DNA of 64,000 nucleotides from Bacteroidota bacterium (GCA_947469885.1 CANIQT010000014.1:44305-108304); one strand, 5' to 3'; shown: positions 1 through 10,999, numbered from the stretch's first letter. Program-made: numbers and translations. The notes: generated from the sequence alone by a model not told the origin.

Positions 1-7
1 CGATAAG

Positions 8-598
8 TTGCCTGATGTTGGAAGTACTGAAAATATTATACTTTGGGGCAAACGCATCGTAAATGGAGATGCAAAAAGAGTAGCTGCTGGAGGCGCGCCA
101 ATGGCTAATCCTTCGGCTGCCGAAGTGGATGAAAAACTTCGGGCTTTTATAAATGCAAGTAATAACCAAAGTTTGAAAACCTCTGTCTGGAAAGATACTT
201 TGCAGGTGTTGGTGAGATTAAGAAAGGAAGCAAAAGTAGTGATAAAAAAAATATGGGACGAAACCGAAACATTTTATAGCGAACTGCCTCCGCCTGCAAT
301 GCGCGACAAAGGCAGGTTGTGGGGCATCGTTTATAAATCGGATACCGAAATGACAATTAATTTGCTAGTGATAAACAATGTAACCAATCTACCTATACAA
401 GGTGCTGTAATCAGTTTTGCGCAAAGCGGCACCACACACATTACCAACCAATTTGGCAATTCTCAATTTAAAACCACTGTTGCCGATGTGGCTACTTTAA
501 CAACTATTAAAGCGGGTTTCAAATCAATAACAACAGAAATAAATTTTGAAAACGATGTGGTGGATTATGATTTAGTAATAAGAATGGAGCCTGTATAA
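8..598 (+). CDS. Conserved Bacteroidota hypothetical protein with C-terminal carboxypeptidase-regulatory-like beta domain (probably 5'-truncated by the window edge)
   Basis: LWGKRIVNGD..GGAPMANPS..IWDETETFY..WGIVY resembles a helical Bacteroidota family I recall. The C-terminal PIQGAVI..TNQFG..KAGF looks like a CarboxypepD_reg-like fold. The frame is open to the window edge and the track start is TTG. Confidence 0.55.
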   Translation: MPDVGSTENIILWGKRIVNGDAKRVAAGGAPMANPSAAEVDEKLRAFINASNNQSLKTSVWKDTLQVLVRLRKEAKVVIKKIWDETETFYSELPPPAMRDKGRLWGIVYKSDTEMTINLLVINNVTNLPIQGAVISFAQSGTTHITNQFGNSQFKTTVADVATLTTIKAGFKSITTEINFENDVVDYDLVIRMEPV

Positions 599-654
599 TA
601 AATCATGACCTATTGCTTGGTATAGTTGATTAACTATTGAACCAAAACATTTCT

Positions 655-662
655 TATATTTG
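655..662 (+). promoter_or_regulatory. Bacteroidota sigma-70 -7 element (TATATTTG) upstream of guaB
   Basis: Matches TAnnTTTG, 38 bp before the ATG. Confidence 0.55.
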
Positions 663-700
663 CACGAATTTTATTTATAAAAATTCAAACCCCCAACCAC

Positions 701-2170
701 ATGTCATTAGATTCAAGCAAATTTGTAGGCGAAGGCTTAACCTACGATGATGTATTGTTAGTACCCGCATATTCGGAAGTACTGCCCAGAGAAGTAGATA
801 TCTCTTCTTATTTCACCAGAAAAATAAAACTAAACACCCCTGTTGTTTCGGCAGCTATGGATACGGTTACGGAGTATCGCCTTGCCATTGCTATAGCGCA
901 AGAGGGTGGGATAGGAGTGCTGCATAAAAACATGACCATAGCCGAACAAGCAGAGCAGGTGCGGAAAGTAAAGCGTTCTGAAAGCGGAATGATAGTGGAA
1001 CCCCTTACTTTGCCCGAAACAGCAACGGTAAAAGATGCGGTGGCACTAATCAAAGAGCATAAAATTGGTGGTATTCCAATAGTTACTACTAATAAAAAAC
1101 TAATGGGAATTGTTACGAACAGAGATTTGCGTTTCGAAAAAAACATGAAGCGTCCTATTTCGGAAGTGATGACAAGCAAAGATTTGATAGTGGCAAAAGA
1201 AGGAACAGATTTGAAAAAGGCCGAAGAGATACTTCAAAATCATAAGATAGAAAAACTTCCGGTGGTAGATAAAAATTTTCGGTTAGTTGGATTGATAACC
1301 TATAGAGATATTATTAATGTAAAAGTTCACCCCTTTGCAAACAAGGACCAATTGGGGCGTTTGAGAGTGGCTGCTGCTGTTGGTGTTACTGCCGACATGA
1401 TGGAAAGAATAGAAGGACTGGTGAATGCTGGCGTGGATGCGGTGATAATTGATACTGCTCATGGGCATTCGAAAGGGGTGATAGATGCACTTAAACAAAC
1501 AAAGAAAAAATATCCTAAGTTAGAAGTGGTGGTGGGTAATGTGGCTACTGCCGAAGCTGCTTTGGCATTGGTTAAAGCTGGTGCCGATGCGGTAAAGGTG
1601 GGAATTGGTCCTGGCTCTATTTGCACCACCCGTATCATTGCCGGTGTGGGAGTTCCGCAATTTACAGCTGTTGTGGAGGTGGCAAAAGCTTTAAAAAATA
1701 CAGGAGTTCCTGTTATTGCCGATGGAGGAATTCGATTTACAGGTGATATTGTGAAAGCATTGGCAGGTGGAGCAGATTCAGTAATGATGGGCTCTATGTT
1801 TGCAGGAGTGGAAGAAGCCCCTGGTGAAAATATTATTTTTGAAGGAAGAAAATTTAAGTCTTATCGTGGAATGGGCTCTATCGAAGCCATGCAGAAAGGC
1901 AGTAAAGACCGTTATTTTCAGGATGCAGAAGACGACATTAAAAAATTAGTTCCCGAAGGTATCTCTGGCAGAGTGCCTGTTAAAGGCAATTTGGCAGAAG
2001 TGGTATTCCAGTTTATTGGCGGTTTGCGTGCAGGTATGGGATATTGCGGAGCAAAGAATATTGACACATTGCAAAAAGCAAAATTCATTCGTATCACCAG
2101 TTCTGGTATCCGCGAAAGCCATCCACATGGAGTTTCGATAACCAGAGAGGCTCCTAATTATAGTAGGTAA
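701..2170 (+). CDS. guaB: IMP dehydrogenase
   Basis: [23 protein letters not shown] pair, catalytic [23 protein letters not shown]. Confidence 0.98.
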   Translation: MSLDSSKFVGEGLTYDDVLLVPAYSEVLPREVDISSYFTRKIKLNTPVVSAAMDTVTEYRLAIAIAQEGGIGVLHKNMTIAEQAEQVRKVKRSESGMIVEPLTLPETATVKDAVALIKEHKIGGIPIVTTNKKLMGIVTNRDLRFEKNMKRPISEVMTSKDLIVAKEGTDLKKAEEILQNHKIEKLPVVDKNFRLVGLITYRDIINVKVHPFANKDQLGRLRVAAAVGVTADMMERIEGLVNAGVDAVIIDTAHGHSKGVIDALKQTKKKYPKLEVVVGNVATAEAALALVKAGADAVKVGIGPGSICTTRIIAGVGVPQFTAVVEVAKALKNTGVPVIADGGIRFTGDIVKALAGGADSVMMGSMFAGVEEAPGENIIFEGRKFKSYRGMGSIEAMQKGSKDRYFQDAEDDIKKLVPEGISGRVPVKGNLAEVVFQFIGGLRAGMGYCGAKNIDTLQKAKFIRITSSGIRESHPHGVSITREAPNYSR

Positions 2171-2220
2171 TTAAGGATTAAGGGTTGAAGATTAATCGTT
2201 AATCTCCAAATCCTAAATCA
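2171..2220. repeat. Inverted 7-bp-period repeat element between convergent genes
   Basis: taaggat-taagggt-tgaagat followed by atcgtta-atctcca-aatccta, an imperfect mirror pair. Confidence 0.5.
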
Positions 2221-5151
2221 TTTTATCGGAAACACATTGTATATCACATCTTGTATCTTCGTCCTGATGCCGGATTTAGCCAATTTGTTTTCAGTTGCAT
2301 CAGGATACACCCTATTAGAAAGAAATACATAAACTGTTCCATTCACCGGGTCAGCCCATGTTAAAGTGCCTGTAAAACCAGAGTGTCCGAAACTTTCGGG
2401 AGTACATGATGAAGCCACCGGGCTTTCTTTTCCGGCACTCATTTCGGGTTTGTCAAATCCCATTCCTCTTCTATTTTCGAAACAATACTGACATTTGGTA
2501 AACTCATGAACGGTAGAAGAATCAATGTATTGTTTACCTCCATACTTACCATTATTCAAATACATTTGCATCATCACTGCCAAATCATTTGCATTCGAAA
2601 ATAATCCTGCATGACCTCCAACACCGCCAAGCATGGCTGCTCCTTGGTCGTGCACATATCCCGAAATTTGTTGTTTCCTAAATATTTTGTCCAATTCCGT
2701 TGGCACAATTCGGTTGGTATCAAATCGTTCTCTCGGCTTATAGCCCATTGTAGTTAGTCCAAGCGGGGCATAAAAGGTTTTGTAGGTGTATTCATCTTCT
2801 GTCATAGCTGTTTTTTGTTCAATGATTTTTTTTAGAAAATAATATCCTAAATCACTGTACAAAAACTTTCCTTTATCTTTCAAAGGTGATTCTATAATTT
2901 GCTTATAAATACTGTCTTCATAATTTTTATTGATATATAAATTTTGCGCTACACATTTTGAATACACATCATCTTTTGTTTTGCTGTAAATCAATTTGTC
3001 GCATTCATTGTTTTTCATTGTTTTGGTCCAGAAGGGTATCCAGTCCTTTAATCCCGCCTGGTGTGCCATCATTTCGCGGATAACAATGTTTTCTTTATTT
3101 GTTCCTTTCAGCGAAGGCAAATAGGTAACTAATTTCTCATTCACTTTTATTTTTTTCTCATCATAGAGTTTCATAATGCTAGGTGTACTAGCAATTATTT
3201 TTGTTACAGATGCCAAATCATAAAGGTCATCGTTCTTTACTTTTTCTTTTTTAGAATAGGTATGATAACCAAATGATTTTTGATAAATCACGTTGCCATC
3301 CTTAGCAATAAAAACTTGACATCCCGGATACACCCTATCCCTTATGCCTTTCAGAGCAATGGTATCAATTTTTGAAAATGCTTTTGCATCAATACCTAAT
3401 TCTTCAGGTATGGTATATTTAAATCGTACTGCTTTTGTAGTTATACCTGTGCCTAATATAAAATATGGACTTGCAGTTACTGGTAGTTTACCAGTAGCAG
3501 CTATTCCACCAAATATTAACTGTGCAGAATAATCTTCACTCAAATCAGTATCTTCATAACTCATCACCACAGCATCAGCAAACTGAATGCTATCCATCTT
3601 TGCAAGGATATAGGGATTCGCGCTTATATTCACAATAACTTTCGATTGCTTCATTACTGCTTTTAGTAATGTCATTACTTTTAGTTCCAATCCAAAATCT
3701 TTTTCCGGTTTATTGTTCGTATTATTAAGATGAACAATTACCAAATTATAATTTTTCAATTGTGTGAGTAAGGAATCGAATTTTTCCTGCTTTGCTTCTT
3801 TATCAATTCCGAAAGGCATTACGTTTGCATAATTGGAGAGGGTATTTTGAAAAATACTTAGCTCTTTATTTCCTAAAGAGAGAGAAGCAATGCGTAATGT
3901 ATCCAGATTTTTAATCGGGACAATATTGTTTTTATTCTGCAAAAGAGTTATTGATGCTTCCGTTAATTTACGATTGATAACCTCTGCATATACAGTATTC
4001 AACTCTTTATAAAGATTCTTTGTTTTTATTTTCGAATAGTGATTTAACCCTGCCCATTGTTTTGCTTTTAAAATTTTTAAGCAACGTGCATCAATTTCTT
4101 CCTGAGCTACCAAACCGCTATCCACTGCTTCTTTTATTTTATTGATTGCTTTCGGAACATCTTCAGGAAACAGCAATACATCATTACCTGCAAGTAAAGC
4201 TTTTAAATCTGCTTCCCCGGGATTAAAAAATTTGGTAACTCCTTGCATATTCAAAGCATCAGTAAACACGAGTCCTTTGAAACCAAGGGTATCTTTCAGT
4301 AATCCAGTAACAATTCTTTTAGTAAGTGTAGAAGGCTGATTGGGGGTGGTGTCCAAAGCAGGAATAGAAAGATGTGCTACCATCATGCTTCCCAATCCTT
4401 GTGCAATCAATTCTTTGAAAGGATACAATTCCAATGTGTCCAATCTTGCTCTCGATGATTTTATGGTGGGTAATGTTTTGTGCGAATCACTGTCTGTATC
4501 GCCATGGCCAGGAAAATGTTTGGCATTGGCAAGCATTCCATTGTCCTGCATTCCTTTCATATACATCAATGCTTTAGCAGTAACATTAAATTTGTTTTCT
4601 CCAAACGAGCGAGTCCCAATTACAGGATTCAAAGGATTATTATTAATATCCACGACAGGTGCAAAGTTAATCTGCATCCCTATTCGTTTGCATTCGCGGG
4701 CTATTTCAACCCCCATCGAATAAATTAATGAATCATTCTGAATAGCACCTAACGTCATTTGTCTTGGAAAACGAATGGTACTATCCAATCTCATTGCCAA
4801 TCCCCACTCTGCATCCATAGCTACAAACAAGGGTACTTTGGAAATTGCTTGGTATTGATTGGTAAGATTAGCTTGCCGTACTGGTCCTCCCCGGAAAAAT
4901 ATCAAGCCTCCAATCTTATAATCCTTAACCAGTTTTTTTATTTCTTTGATGTGTGTTTTATCTTTGTTAGAATATGCAGCAACCATAAATAGTTGCGCAA
5001 TGCGCTCTTCGGGTGTTAATGTTTTTAAGACCGAATCTGCCCACCGGGAATCATTTTTAATAAATACAGGCTCCAAGTTTTTATCCTTCGGAATAAAACT
5101 CACGGAAAAAATAGTAAAAACAGATAGTAAAGCGAATATGATTTTTTTCAT
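2218..5151 (-). CDS. GH3 beta-N-acetylglucosaminidase fused to a beta-lactamase-like serine hydrolase
   Basis: GH3 motifs DAEWG, RSFGE, KHFPGHGDT, FTDAL. C-terminal SxxK (LASVTK), YSD and GHSGFTGT. Signal peptide present. Confidence 0.92.
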   Translation of the reverse strand: MKKIIFALLSVFTIFSVSFIPKDKNLEPVFIKNDSRWADSVLKTLTPEERIAQLFMVAAYSNKDKTHIKEIKKLVKDYKIGGLIFFRGGPVRQANLTNQYQAISKVPLFVAMDAEWGLAMRLDSTIRFPRQMTLGAIQNDSLIYSMGVEIARECKRIGMQINFAPVVDINNNPLNPVIGTRSFGENKFNVTAKALMYMKGMQDNGMLANAKHFPGHGDTDSDSHKTLPTIKSSRARLDTLELYPFKELIAQGLGSMMVAHLSIPALDTTPNQPSTLTKRIVTGLLKDTLGFKGLVFTDALNMQGVTKFFNPGEADLKALLAGNDVLLFPEDVPKAINKIKEAVDSGLVAQEEIDARCLKILKAKQWAGLNHYSKIKTKNLYKELNTVYAEVINRKLTEASITLLQNKNNIVPIKNLDTLRIASLSLGNKELSIFQNTLSNYANVMPFGIDKEAKQEKFDSLLTQLKNYNLVIVHLNNTNNKPEKDFGLELKVMTLLKAVMKQSKVIVNISANPYILAKMDSIQFADAVVMSYEDTDLSEDYSAQLIFGGIAATGKLPVTASPYFILGTGITTKAVRFKYTIPEELGIDAKAFSKIDTIALKGIRDRVYPGCQVFIAKDGNVIYQKSFGYHTYSKKEKVKNDDLYDLASVTKIIASTPSIMKLYDEKKIKVNEKLVTYLPSLKGTNKENIVIREMMAHQAGLKDWIPFWTKTMKNNECDKLIYSKTKDDVYSKCVAQNLYINKNYEDSIYKQIIESPLKDKGKFLYSDLGYYFLKKIIEQKTAMTEDEYTYKTFYAPLGLTTMGYKPRERFDTNRIVPTELDKIFRKQQISGYVHDQGAAMLGGVGGHAGLFSNANDLAVMMQMYLNNGKYGGKQYIDSSTVHEFTKCQYCFENRRGMGFDKPEMSAGKESPVASSCTPESFGHSGFTGTLTWADPVNGTVYVFLSNRVYPDATENKLAKSGIRTKIQDVIYNVFPIK

Positions 5152-5338
5152 TGAAAGAATAATCTTGATAATATTTTAATCTAAAAAATAAGTGTGATAA
5201 AAGTACTCTTAATCAGCCCCAACATTCAAACTACCTGCTTTAACTTTTCAACTTTACAGTGTTGATGGAAATGCTACTTTCACTTGTCATGGATAATACC
5301 AATTTGTAAATTCGTAAAAATTCGTAATTCGTAGTATC

Positions 5339-5698
5339 ATGTATAAAAAAGTATTTAATTTAATGGTGTTGATGATAAGTGTACTTACCGTCAATTTGCT
5401 TACCACATTTATTACTGGAAAAATTATTCATAATAAAATCGAACTAAATCCTTATAAATTTACTGCAATAGCTATGGTTGCATTGGTATTTATTTTGGTG
5501 CCTTCGTATCGTTATATGAGTTCAAAAATTGAAGTAATGGTTGCCAAACTTCTTTTGTCAGGTAGTAATTCACTCGGAAAAGCAATTGGTTTAATTTTTT
5601 CGTTTGCACTAGTTTTTGGAATTCTTTTTTTAATTTACCTCTATCATTGGTTCAATATTAATGTGTTTGATTTTGTGAATACCTCCGAAATTAAATAG
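5339..5698 (+). CDS. Small hypothetical membrane protein (about 3 TM)
   Basis: 119-aa ORF with three hydrophobic segments and an AT-rich leader. Confidence 0.65.
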   Translation: MYKKVFNLMVLMISVLTVNLLTTFITGKIIHNKIELNPYKFTAIAMVALVFILVPSYRYMSSKIEVMVAKLLLSGSNSLGKAIGLIFSFALVFGILFLIYLYHWFNINVFDFVNTSEIK

Positions 5699-5757
5699 TT
5701 TGCAATTATTAACACAATTTTAAATAATTCCTTTTGATAGAAATAGAATGGCTTTCT

Positions 5758-5765
5758 TATCTTTG
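5758..5765 (+). promoter_or_regulatory. -7 promoter element (TATCTTTG) of the mutL operon
   Basis: TAnnTTTG 17 bp before the mutL ATG. Confidence 0.55.
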
Positions 5766-5782
5766 CAAATAAGAAAAATTCT

Positions 5783-7630
5783 ATGTCCGACATCATTCAG
5801 CTTTTACCCGATTCCGTTGCTAATCAGATTGCAGCTGGTGAAGTCGTTCAACGACCAGCCTCTGCTGTAAAGGAGTTGATGGAAAATGCGTTGGATGCAG
5901 GCAGTACTCAAATAAAGCTGATTGCCAAAGATGCGGGAAAAACACTGATTCAGATTATTGATAATGGTTGCGGCATGAGCGAAAGCGATGCCCGCATGAG
6001 TTTCGAGCGTCATGCTACATCTAAAATTCGTAAAGCAGATGATTTGTTTGCTATTCGTACCATGGGTTTCAGAGGGGAAGCCCTTGCTTCCATTGCAGCC
6101 ATTGCTCAGGTTGAATTAAAAACAAAACGCATCGGTGACGAAATTGGTGTTAAGATTGACATTGAAGGAAGCGAAGTAAAAAATCAGGAAGCAACTCATT
6201 GCCCGGAAGGGACAAGCATTTCTGTAAAGAATTTATTTTATAATGTTCCTGCCCGAAGAAATTTTTTAAAAACAGATGCTGTTGAACTTCGTCATATCAT
6301 TGAGGAATTTCAACGGGTCGCCATTCCTAATCCACAGGTAGCATTTTCATTTCATCACAATACTACAGAAGTGTTTAATTTGCCAGTTGGCAATTTAAAA
6401 CAACGCCTAATGGGAGTTTTCGGAAATTCCTACAACACTCGTTTAGTTCCTGTTGAAGAAAATACAGAAATTGTAAAAATAAAGGGATATGTGATAAAAC
6501 CTGATTTTGCTAAGAAAACAAGAGGAGAACAATTCTTCTTTTTAAATAAACGTTTTATAAAAAGTGCATATCTGCATCATGCTGTTCAGTCGGCTTTCGA
6601 GCAATTATTACCAAAAGATAGTTTTGCTTCTTATTTTCTTTTGTTGGATGTGGACCCCAAAACCATTGATATTAATATTCATCCCACCAAAACAGAAGTA
6701 AAGTTTGAAGATGAAAAAGCCATTTATGCTTTTCTTCGCTCAGCTATTAAAAAATCTTTGGGTCAATTCAACATTGCTCCCAGTCTTGATTTTAATCAGG
6801 AAGCTCATCTTTACAACATGCCACTTAAACCTGTTGATGGCATTTACAAACAACCTACCATCACAGTTGATCCGAACTATAATCCTTTTAAAATTGATTC
6901 TCCTCTTGGCATTAAATCTTCCGAAAGAGATTTATCTAACCGTGCCAATTGGGAAAAAATGTACAGTCGCCATGCGGATAATCAACTGGAGTTTGAAATA
7001 AAAAAAGAAGAGGAAACCCAGCAAACGATTAATACAGATTGGGATAACGAACTTCACGAAAGTAATTTAAAGTCCTCCTACCAGTTACACAACAAATATA
7101 TTTTAACGCATATAAAAACCGGCTTTATGGTAATCGACCAGCAAGGTGGTCATGAACGGATTTTGTATGAACGAATACTTTATGCCTTCGAAAAAAACAA
7201 ATCTGCAACCCAACAGGAATTATTTCCAAAAACAATTGAACTAAATCCAGCCGATTTTGCTTTGGTAAAAGAATTAAATTCAGAAATACAGTCTCTTGGT
7301 TTTGACATCAGCGAATTTGGTAAAAACACCTTTGTCATTCATGGTATTCCTGCTGATACAGTAAATTTTGATTCTGTTAATTTGCTGGAAGGATTGATTG
7401 AAAACTACAAACAAAATCAACTTGAACTAAAATCAGACAAACGCGAAAACCTTGCGCGCGCTATGGCACGAAATATGTCAATTAAATCGGGTAGGGCATT
7501 AACACAAGAAGAAATGAATAACTTAATTGATGAACTCTTTGCCTGCAAAATGCCTTACAGCACACCTTCAGGAAAACCAACAATAACAACATTCTCAAGC
7601 GAAGACTTGGATAAAAGATTTAAGAAGTAG
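5783..7630 (+). CDS. mutL: DNA mismatch repair endonuclease MutL
   Basis: NQIAAGEVV, DNGCGM, GFRGEAL, DINIHPTKTEV. Endonuclease-motif variant DQQGGHERILYE. Confidence 0.97.
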   Translation: MSDIIQLLPDSVANQIAAGEVVQRPASAVKELMENALDAGSTQIKLIAKDAGKTLIQIIDNGCGMSESDARMSFERHATSKIRKADDLFAIRTMGFRGEALASIAAIAQVELKTKRIGDEIGVKIDIEGSEVKNQEATHCPEGTSISVKNLFYNVPARRNFLKTDAVELRHIIEEFQRVAIPNPQVAFSFHHNTTEVFNLPVGNLKQRLMGVFGNSYNTRLVPVEENTEIVKIKGYVIKPDFAKKTRGEQFFFLNKRFIKSAYLHHAVQSAFEQLLPKDSFASYFLLLDVDPKTIDINIHPTKTEVKFEDEKAIYAFLRSAIKKSLGQFNIAPSLDFNQEAHLYNMPLKPVDGIYKQPTITVDPNYNPFKIDSPLGIKSSERDLSNRANWEKMYSRHADNQLEFEIKKEEETQQTINTDWDNELHESNLKSSYQLHNKYILTHIKTGFMVIDQQGGHERILYERILYAFEKNKSATQQELFPKTIELNPADFALVKELNSEIQSLGFDISEFGKNTFVIHGIPADTVNFDSVNLLEGLIENYKQNQLELKSDKRENLARAMARNMSIKSGRALTQEEMNNLIDELFACKMPYSTPSGKPTITTFSSEDLDKRFKK

Positions 7631-7685
7631 TTAATAGTGAATAGGCAATAGGAAATAGATAACAACCAACAACTAACAACCAATA
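7629..7685. repeat. 7-bp-period repeat element between mutL and the rhomboid gene
   Basis: agttaat-agtgaat-aggcaat-aggaaat then aacaacc-aacaact-aacaacc. Confidence 0.6.
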
Positions 7686-8438
7686 ATGAGTTACCAACAA
7701 TATCGCCCAAATAGTTTCAGTGTTTTACCACCTGTTGTAAAAAATTTATTAATCCTAAATGGTTTATTATTTCTCGGCTCTTTAGTTGCCGAAAGTCAAT
7801 TTGCAATTGATTTGTCAGAAACGCTCGGCTTGCATTTTCCTCTTTCCGAAAAATTCCATCCTTACCAATTAGTGTCGTATATGTTTATGCACGGCAGTTT
7901 TATGCACTTGTTTTTTAACATGTTTGCCCTATGGATGTTTGGCAATGTTTTAGAAAACTATTGGGGACCAAAACGTTTTTTAATTTATTATATGATAACA
8001 GGAATAGGAGCAGGGTGCATTCAAATTTTGGTTACGTATTTAAGATTAGAATCTCTTTATCCCCAAGTTTCCTCGGAAGATTTAAATTTAATTATTTCTA
8101 AAGGAGCCGAAGTAATTAGTGGAGGAAAAAACTTCATTGATAATTCGATGGGCGAAATCAATATGTTATTAAACAGTTCCACTATTGGTGCTTCCGGTGC
8201 GGTGTTTGGCATATTGTTAGCTTTCGGAATGTTGTTCCCAAATACGTTATTATACATTTATTTTGCAATTCCAATCAAGGCAAAATGGTTTGTAGTTTTA
8301 TATGGAGGAATGGAATTGTTTTCAGGCATTGCAAACAATCCCGAAGATAATGTGGCTCACTTTGCTCACTTAGGTGGCATGTTGTTTGGTTTTATTTTGA
8401 TTAAAATTTGGCAAAAAAACAAAAAGAAAATATTTTAA
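7686..8438 (+). CDS. Rhomboid family intramembrane serine protease
   Basis: HLFFNM, GASG catalytic Ser, AHFAHLGG. Confidence 0.95.
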   Translation: MSYQQYRPNSFSVLPPVVKNLLILNGLLFLGSLVAESQFAIDLSETLGLHFPLSEKFHPYQLVSYMFMHGSFMHLFFNMFALWMFGNVLENYWGPKRFLIYYMITGIGAGCIQILVTYLRLESLYPQVSSEDLNLIISKGAEVISGGKNFIDNSMGEINMLLNSSTIGASGAVFGILLAFGMLFPNTLLYIYFAIPIKAKWFVVLYGGMELFSGIANNPEDNVAHFAHLGGMLFGFILIKIWQKNKKKIF

Positions 8439-8441
8439 TTT

Positions 8442-9350
8442 ATGGCAAATCAAATAATCGATGACATAAAATTAAAACTAAAAAGCGGTAATGTTATTAC
8501 CCGCTTAATTGTCATCAACGTAGTTGTTTTTGTAATCATTAGTTTACTTCGCATACTTCTTTTCCTCATAGGAGGTGTTGGTAGCTTTTCTTTCTTTGTC
8601 AAATTTTTTATCACCACCATTTCTCTTCCGCTTAATTTTTCTGAATTTATTTATCAACCCTGGACACTTTTTACTTACATGTTTGTGCACATAGATATCA
8701 TGCACATTTTCTGGAACATGGTGCTGCTTTTTTGGTTCGGACAAATTCTTTCCGGTTTTACCGATTCAAAAAAAATTATCCCCCTCTATTTGTTAGGTGG
8801 CATTGCCGGGGGCTTAGTAGCACTCTTATTGGTAAATCTCCTTCCTCCATTTTCTGTTTACATCGGCATGCCAATGGTTGGAGCCTCAGCAGGGGTCACC
8901 GCCATCATCATTGCAGCAGCCACCTTGGTGCCCAATTACAGAATGAATTTAATGTTCATTGGCGAAGTAAAATTAATTTACGTTGCCATTTTTGTTTTAT
9001 TTCTTGATGTATTAAGCCTCGCATCTTATAATAATGTTGGAGGCAACTTAGCCCACCTTGGCGGTGCACTCATGGGATTTATTTTTATTCAGCAATACAA
9101 AAAGGGAAGAGATTTATCAAAACCAATAAATAAAATTTTAAACGGATTTAGAAATTTATTTTCGTCTGCTCCCAAAAGCAAAATGAAAGTGGCGTATAAA
9201 AGAGCCCCTTCTGACGAAGACTATAATTACCAAAAAACTTTAACACAGCAGCAGATAGATGCCATACTCGACAAAATTTCAAAATCAGGATACGAAAGTT
9301 TAAGCAAAGCCGAAAAAGAAATTTTATTTAGTGCAAGTAATAAAAAATGA
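8442..9350 (+). CDS. Rhomboid family protease with C-terminal soluble helical domain
   Basis: HIFWNM, GASAG, AHLGG. C-terminal IDAILDKISKSGYESLS motif. Confidence 0.93.
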   Translation: MANQIIDDIKLKLKSGNVITRLIVINVVVFVIISLLRILLFLIGGVGSFSFFVKFFITTISLPLNFSEFIYQPWTLFTYMFVHIDIMHIFWNMVLLFWFGQILSGFTDSKKIIPLYLLGGIAGGLVALLLVNLLPPFSVYIGMPMVGASAGVTAIIIAAATLVPNYRMNLMFIGEVKLIYVAIFVLFLDVLSLASYNNVGGNLAHLGGALMGFIFIQQYKKGRDLSKPINKILNGFRNLFSSAPKSKMKVAYKRAPSDEDYNYQKTLTQQQIDAILDKISKSGYESLSKAEKEILFSASNKK

Positions 9351-10516
9351 CACAACGGTGTGAAGATTTTATTTTGAAAAGCAACAACAATCCATATCAA
9401 CCCCAACAAAAAACCCCAAAAGGCAAACGCTATTTTTTCAACAAAGTAGCTACCCTTTGCAACCATGTTGCAGCGGTAAGTCTCCTCATCTCTTACCTCG
9501 CACCCCACGTCAGTCCTCAAAACTTTTACCTCATTGCGTTCTTCGGTTTGGCCTATCCAGCATTAGTTCTTGTTAATTTCATTTTTGTCATTTACTGGGC
9601 ATTTCAACTCCGAAAACGAGCATTCTATTCCCTCATCATCATACTTGCGGGATGGGTAAACATCCATCACTATGTGCAGTTCAGCATCAACAACACACCC
9701 GACAAAACAAAAAAGCAAATTAAAATAATGCAATACAATGTCAAGGTCTTCGACTTGTACAACTGGAGTCACAACATGGAAACACGCAAAAAAATGTTCG
9801 ACTTAATCAAAGACCAAAGCCCCAATGTATTATGTATGCAGGAGTTTTTTTCGCGCGACAGCAGCAAGTTCGATAATTTAGATTCGCTCATTCATCTTCA
9901 AAAAGCAAAATACGTTCATGTGGAATATACCTCCAGTGCCCGTCTCCATCAGCATTTCGGAATTGCTACTTTTTCTTCTTATCCAATTTTGTCGAGAGGA
10001 AAAATTGATTTCGGTTATAAGAGCAATAATGTTTGTATTTATACGGATGTAAAAATGGGAAATGATACCGTCCGCATCTACAATATGCACTTGCAGTCCA
10101 TCGCCTTTGCGCCTAATGATTATAAGTACATAGAAGATTTGCAAAGTGATGTGGAAAATGAAGACATTGAGCGCTCCAAAAATATTTTAAGGCGACTTAA
10201 ACTCGCCTTCATTAAACGTGCAAAACAGTCCGAATTGATTTCTGCAAGTATTTCATCCTGTCATTTCCCCATCATTGTATGTGGCGATTTCAACGACACA
10301 CCCGCATCTTACACCTACCACACCATTTCACAAAACCTCAACGATGCCTTTGTTGAAAGCGGAAACGGATTAGGCCGAAGCTATGTCGGCAAATTTCCTT
10401 CCTTCCGCATCGATTATATTTTACATTCCGACAAATTTAAAGCACATAACTTTAAAACCATTCGCGAAGAACTATCCGACCATTTTCCGGTGGTTACCTA
10501 TTTGGAAGAAAATTAG
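9347..10516 (+). CDS. Endonuclease/exonuclease/phosphatase family membrane protein
   Basis: N-terminal TM helices, YNV, CMQE, GDFND, RIDYI, SDHFPV. Confidence 0.92.
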   Translation: MTQRCEDFILKSNNNPYQPQQKTPKGKRYFFNKVATLCNHVAAVSLLISYLAPHVSPQNFYLIAFFGLAYPALVLVNFIFVIYWAFQLRKRAFYSLIIILAGWVNIHHYVQFSINNTPDKTKKQIKIMQYNVKVFDLYNWSHNMETRKKMFDLIKDQSPNVLCMQEFFSRDSSKFDNLDSLIHLQKAKYVHVEYTSSARLHQHFGIATFSSYPILSRGKIDFGYKSNNVCIYTDVKMGNDTVRIYNMHLQSIAFAPNDYKYIEDLQSDVENEDIERSKNILRRLKLAFIKRAKQSELISASISSCHFPIIVCGDFNDTPASYTYHTISQNLNDAFVESGNGLGRSYVGKFPSFRIDYILHSDKFKAHNFKTIREELSDHFPVVTYLEEN

Positions 10517-10763
10517 CATACCTCCGATCATACTTTTGGTAAGTTTTAATTTTATGCTTTTTAGTTTTAAAACTGGAAGTAAAACTTATAAAGTAATTTT
10601 AACTGTAATAAAACTATTAACTTAAGAAGGTAAAGTTTTATAATAACTATTGGCTTATTCTGATACTCAAAAAATATCTAAAAAAATTAAATTGTTGTTA
10701 TTTATATTTAATATATTGATATTTAATTGGTTAATTAATTTTAATTTTCTTTTTTATTGTCAA

Positions 10764-10912
10764 AATGGCATTGTCTTTTTAGACAAATGGGTTCCGAGTG
10801 TTCGGAATGCCATTGTCTTTTTAGACAATCCGGTTCCGATTGTTCGGAATGGCATTGTCTTTTTAGACAAAGCAGTTTCGATTGTTCGGAATGGCATTGT
10901 CTTTTTAGACAA
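10764..10912. repeat. 42-bp-period tandem array of alternating palindromes (3.5 units)
   Basis: aatggcattgtctttttagacaa (one copy aatgcc) at 10764, 10806, 10848 and 10890. Each full unit holds TTGTCT-N4-AGACAA and TT(C/T)CGA-N4-TCGGAA. Confidence 0.92.
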
Positions 10913-10964
10913 AGAATTTCCAGTATTAGCAAAAGCACTTTTATATAAACAACTTTTTTTAATC

Positions 10965-10999
10965 AAAAAAGTCCCCCGAACCAACGGAGAACTTTTTTC
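10965..10999. terminator. Imperfect bidirectional terminator-like hairpin
   Basis: aaaaaagtcccccg-aaccaa-cggagaactttttt between convergent genes. Confidence 0.45.

Noticed and set aside
808..2128. Antisense and alternate-frame ORFs overlapping guaB and other long genes throughout the window
   Set aside because: These are shadow ORFs of well-supported genes and have no independent motifs.
10764..10912. CRISPR array
   Set aside because: The 'spacers' are only 19 bp and nearly identical to each other, and no cas genes are in the window.
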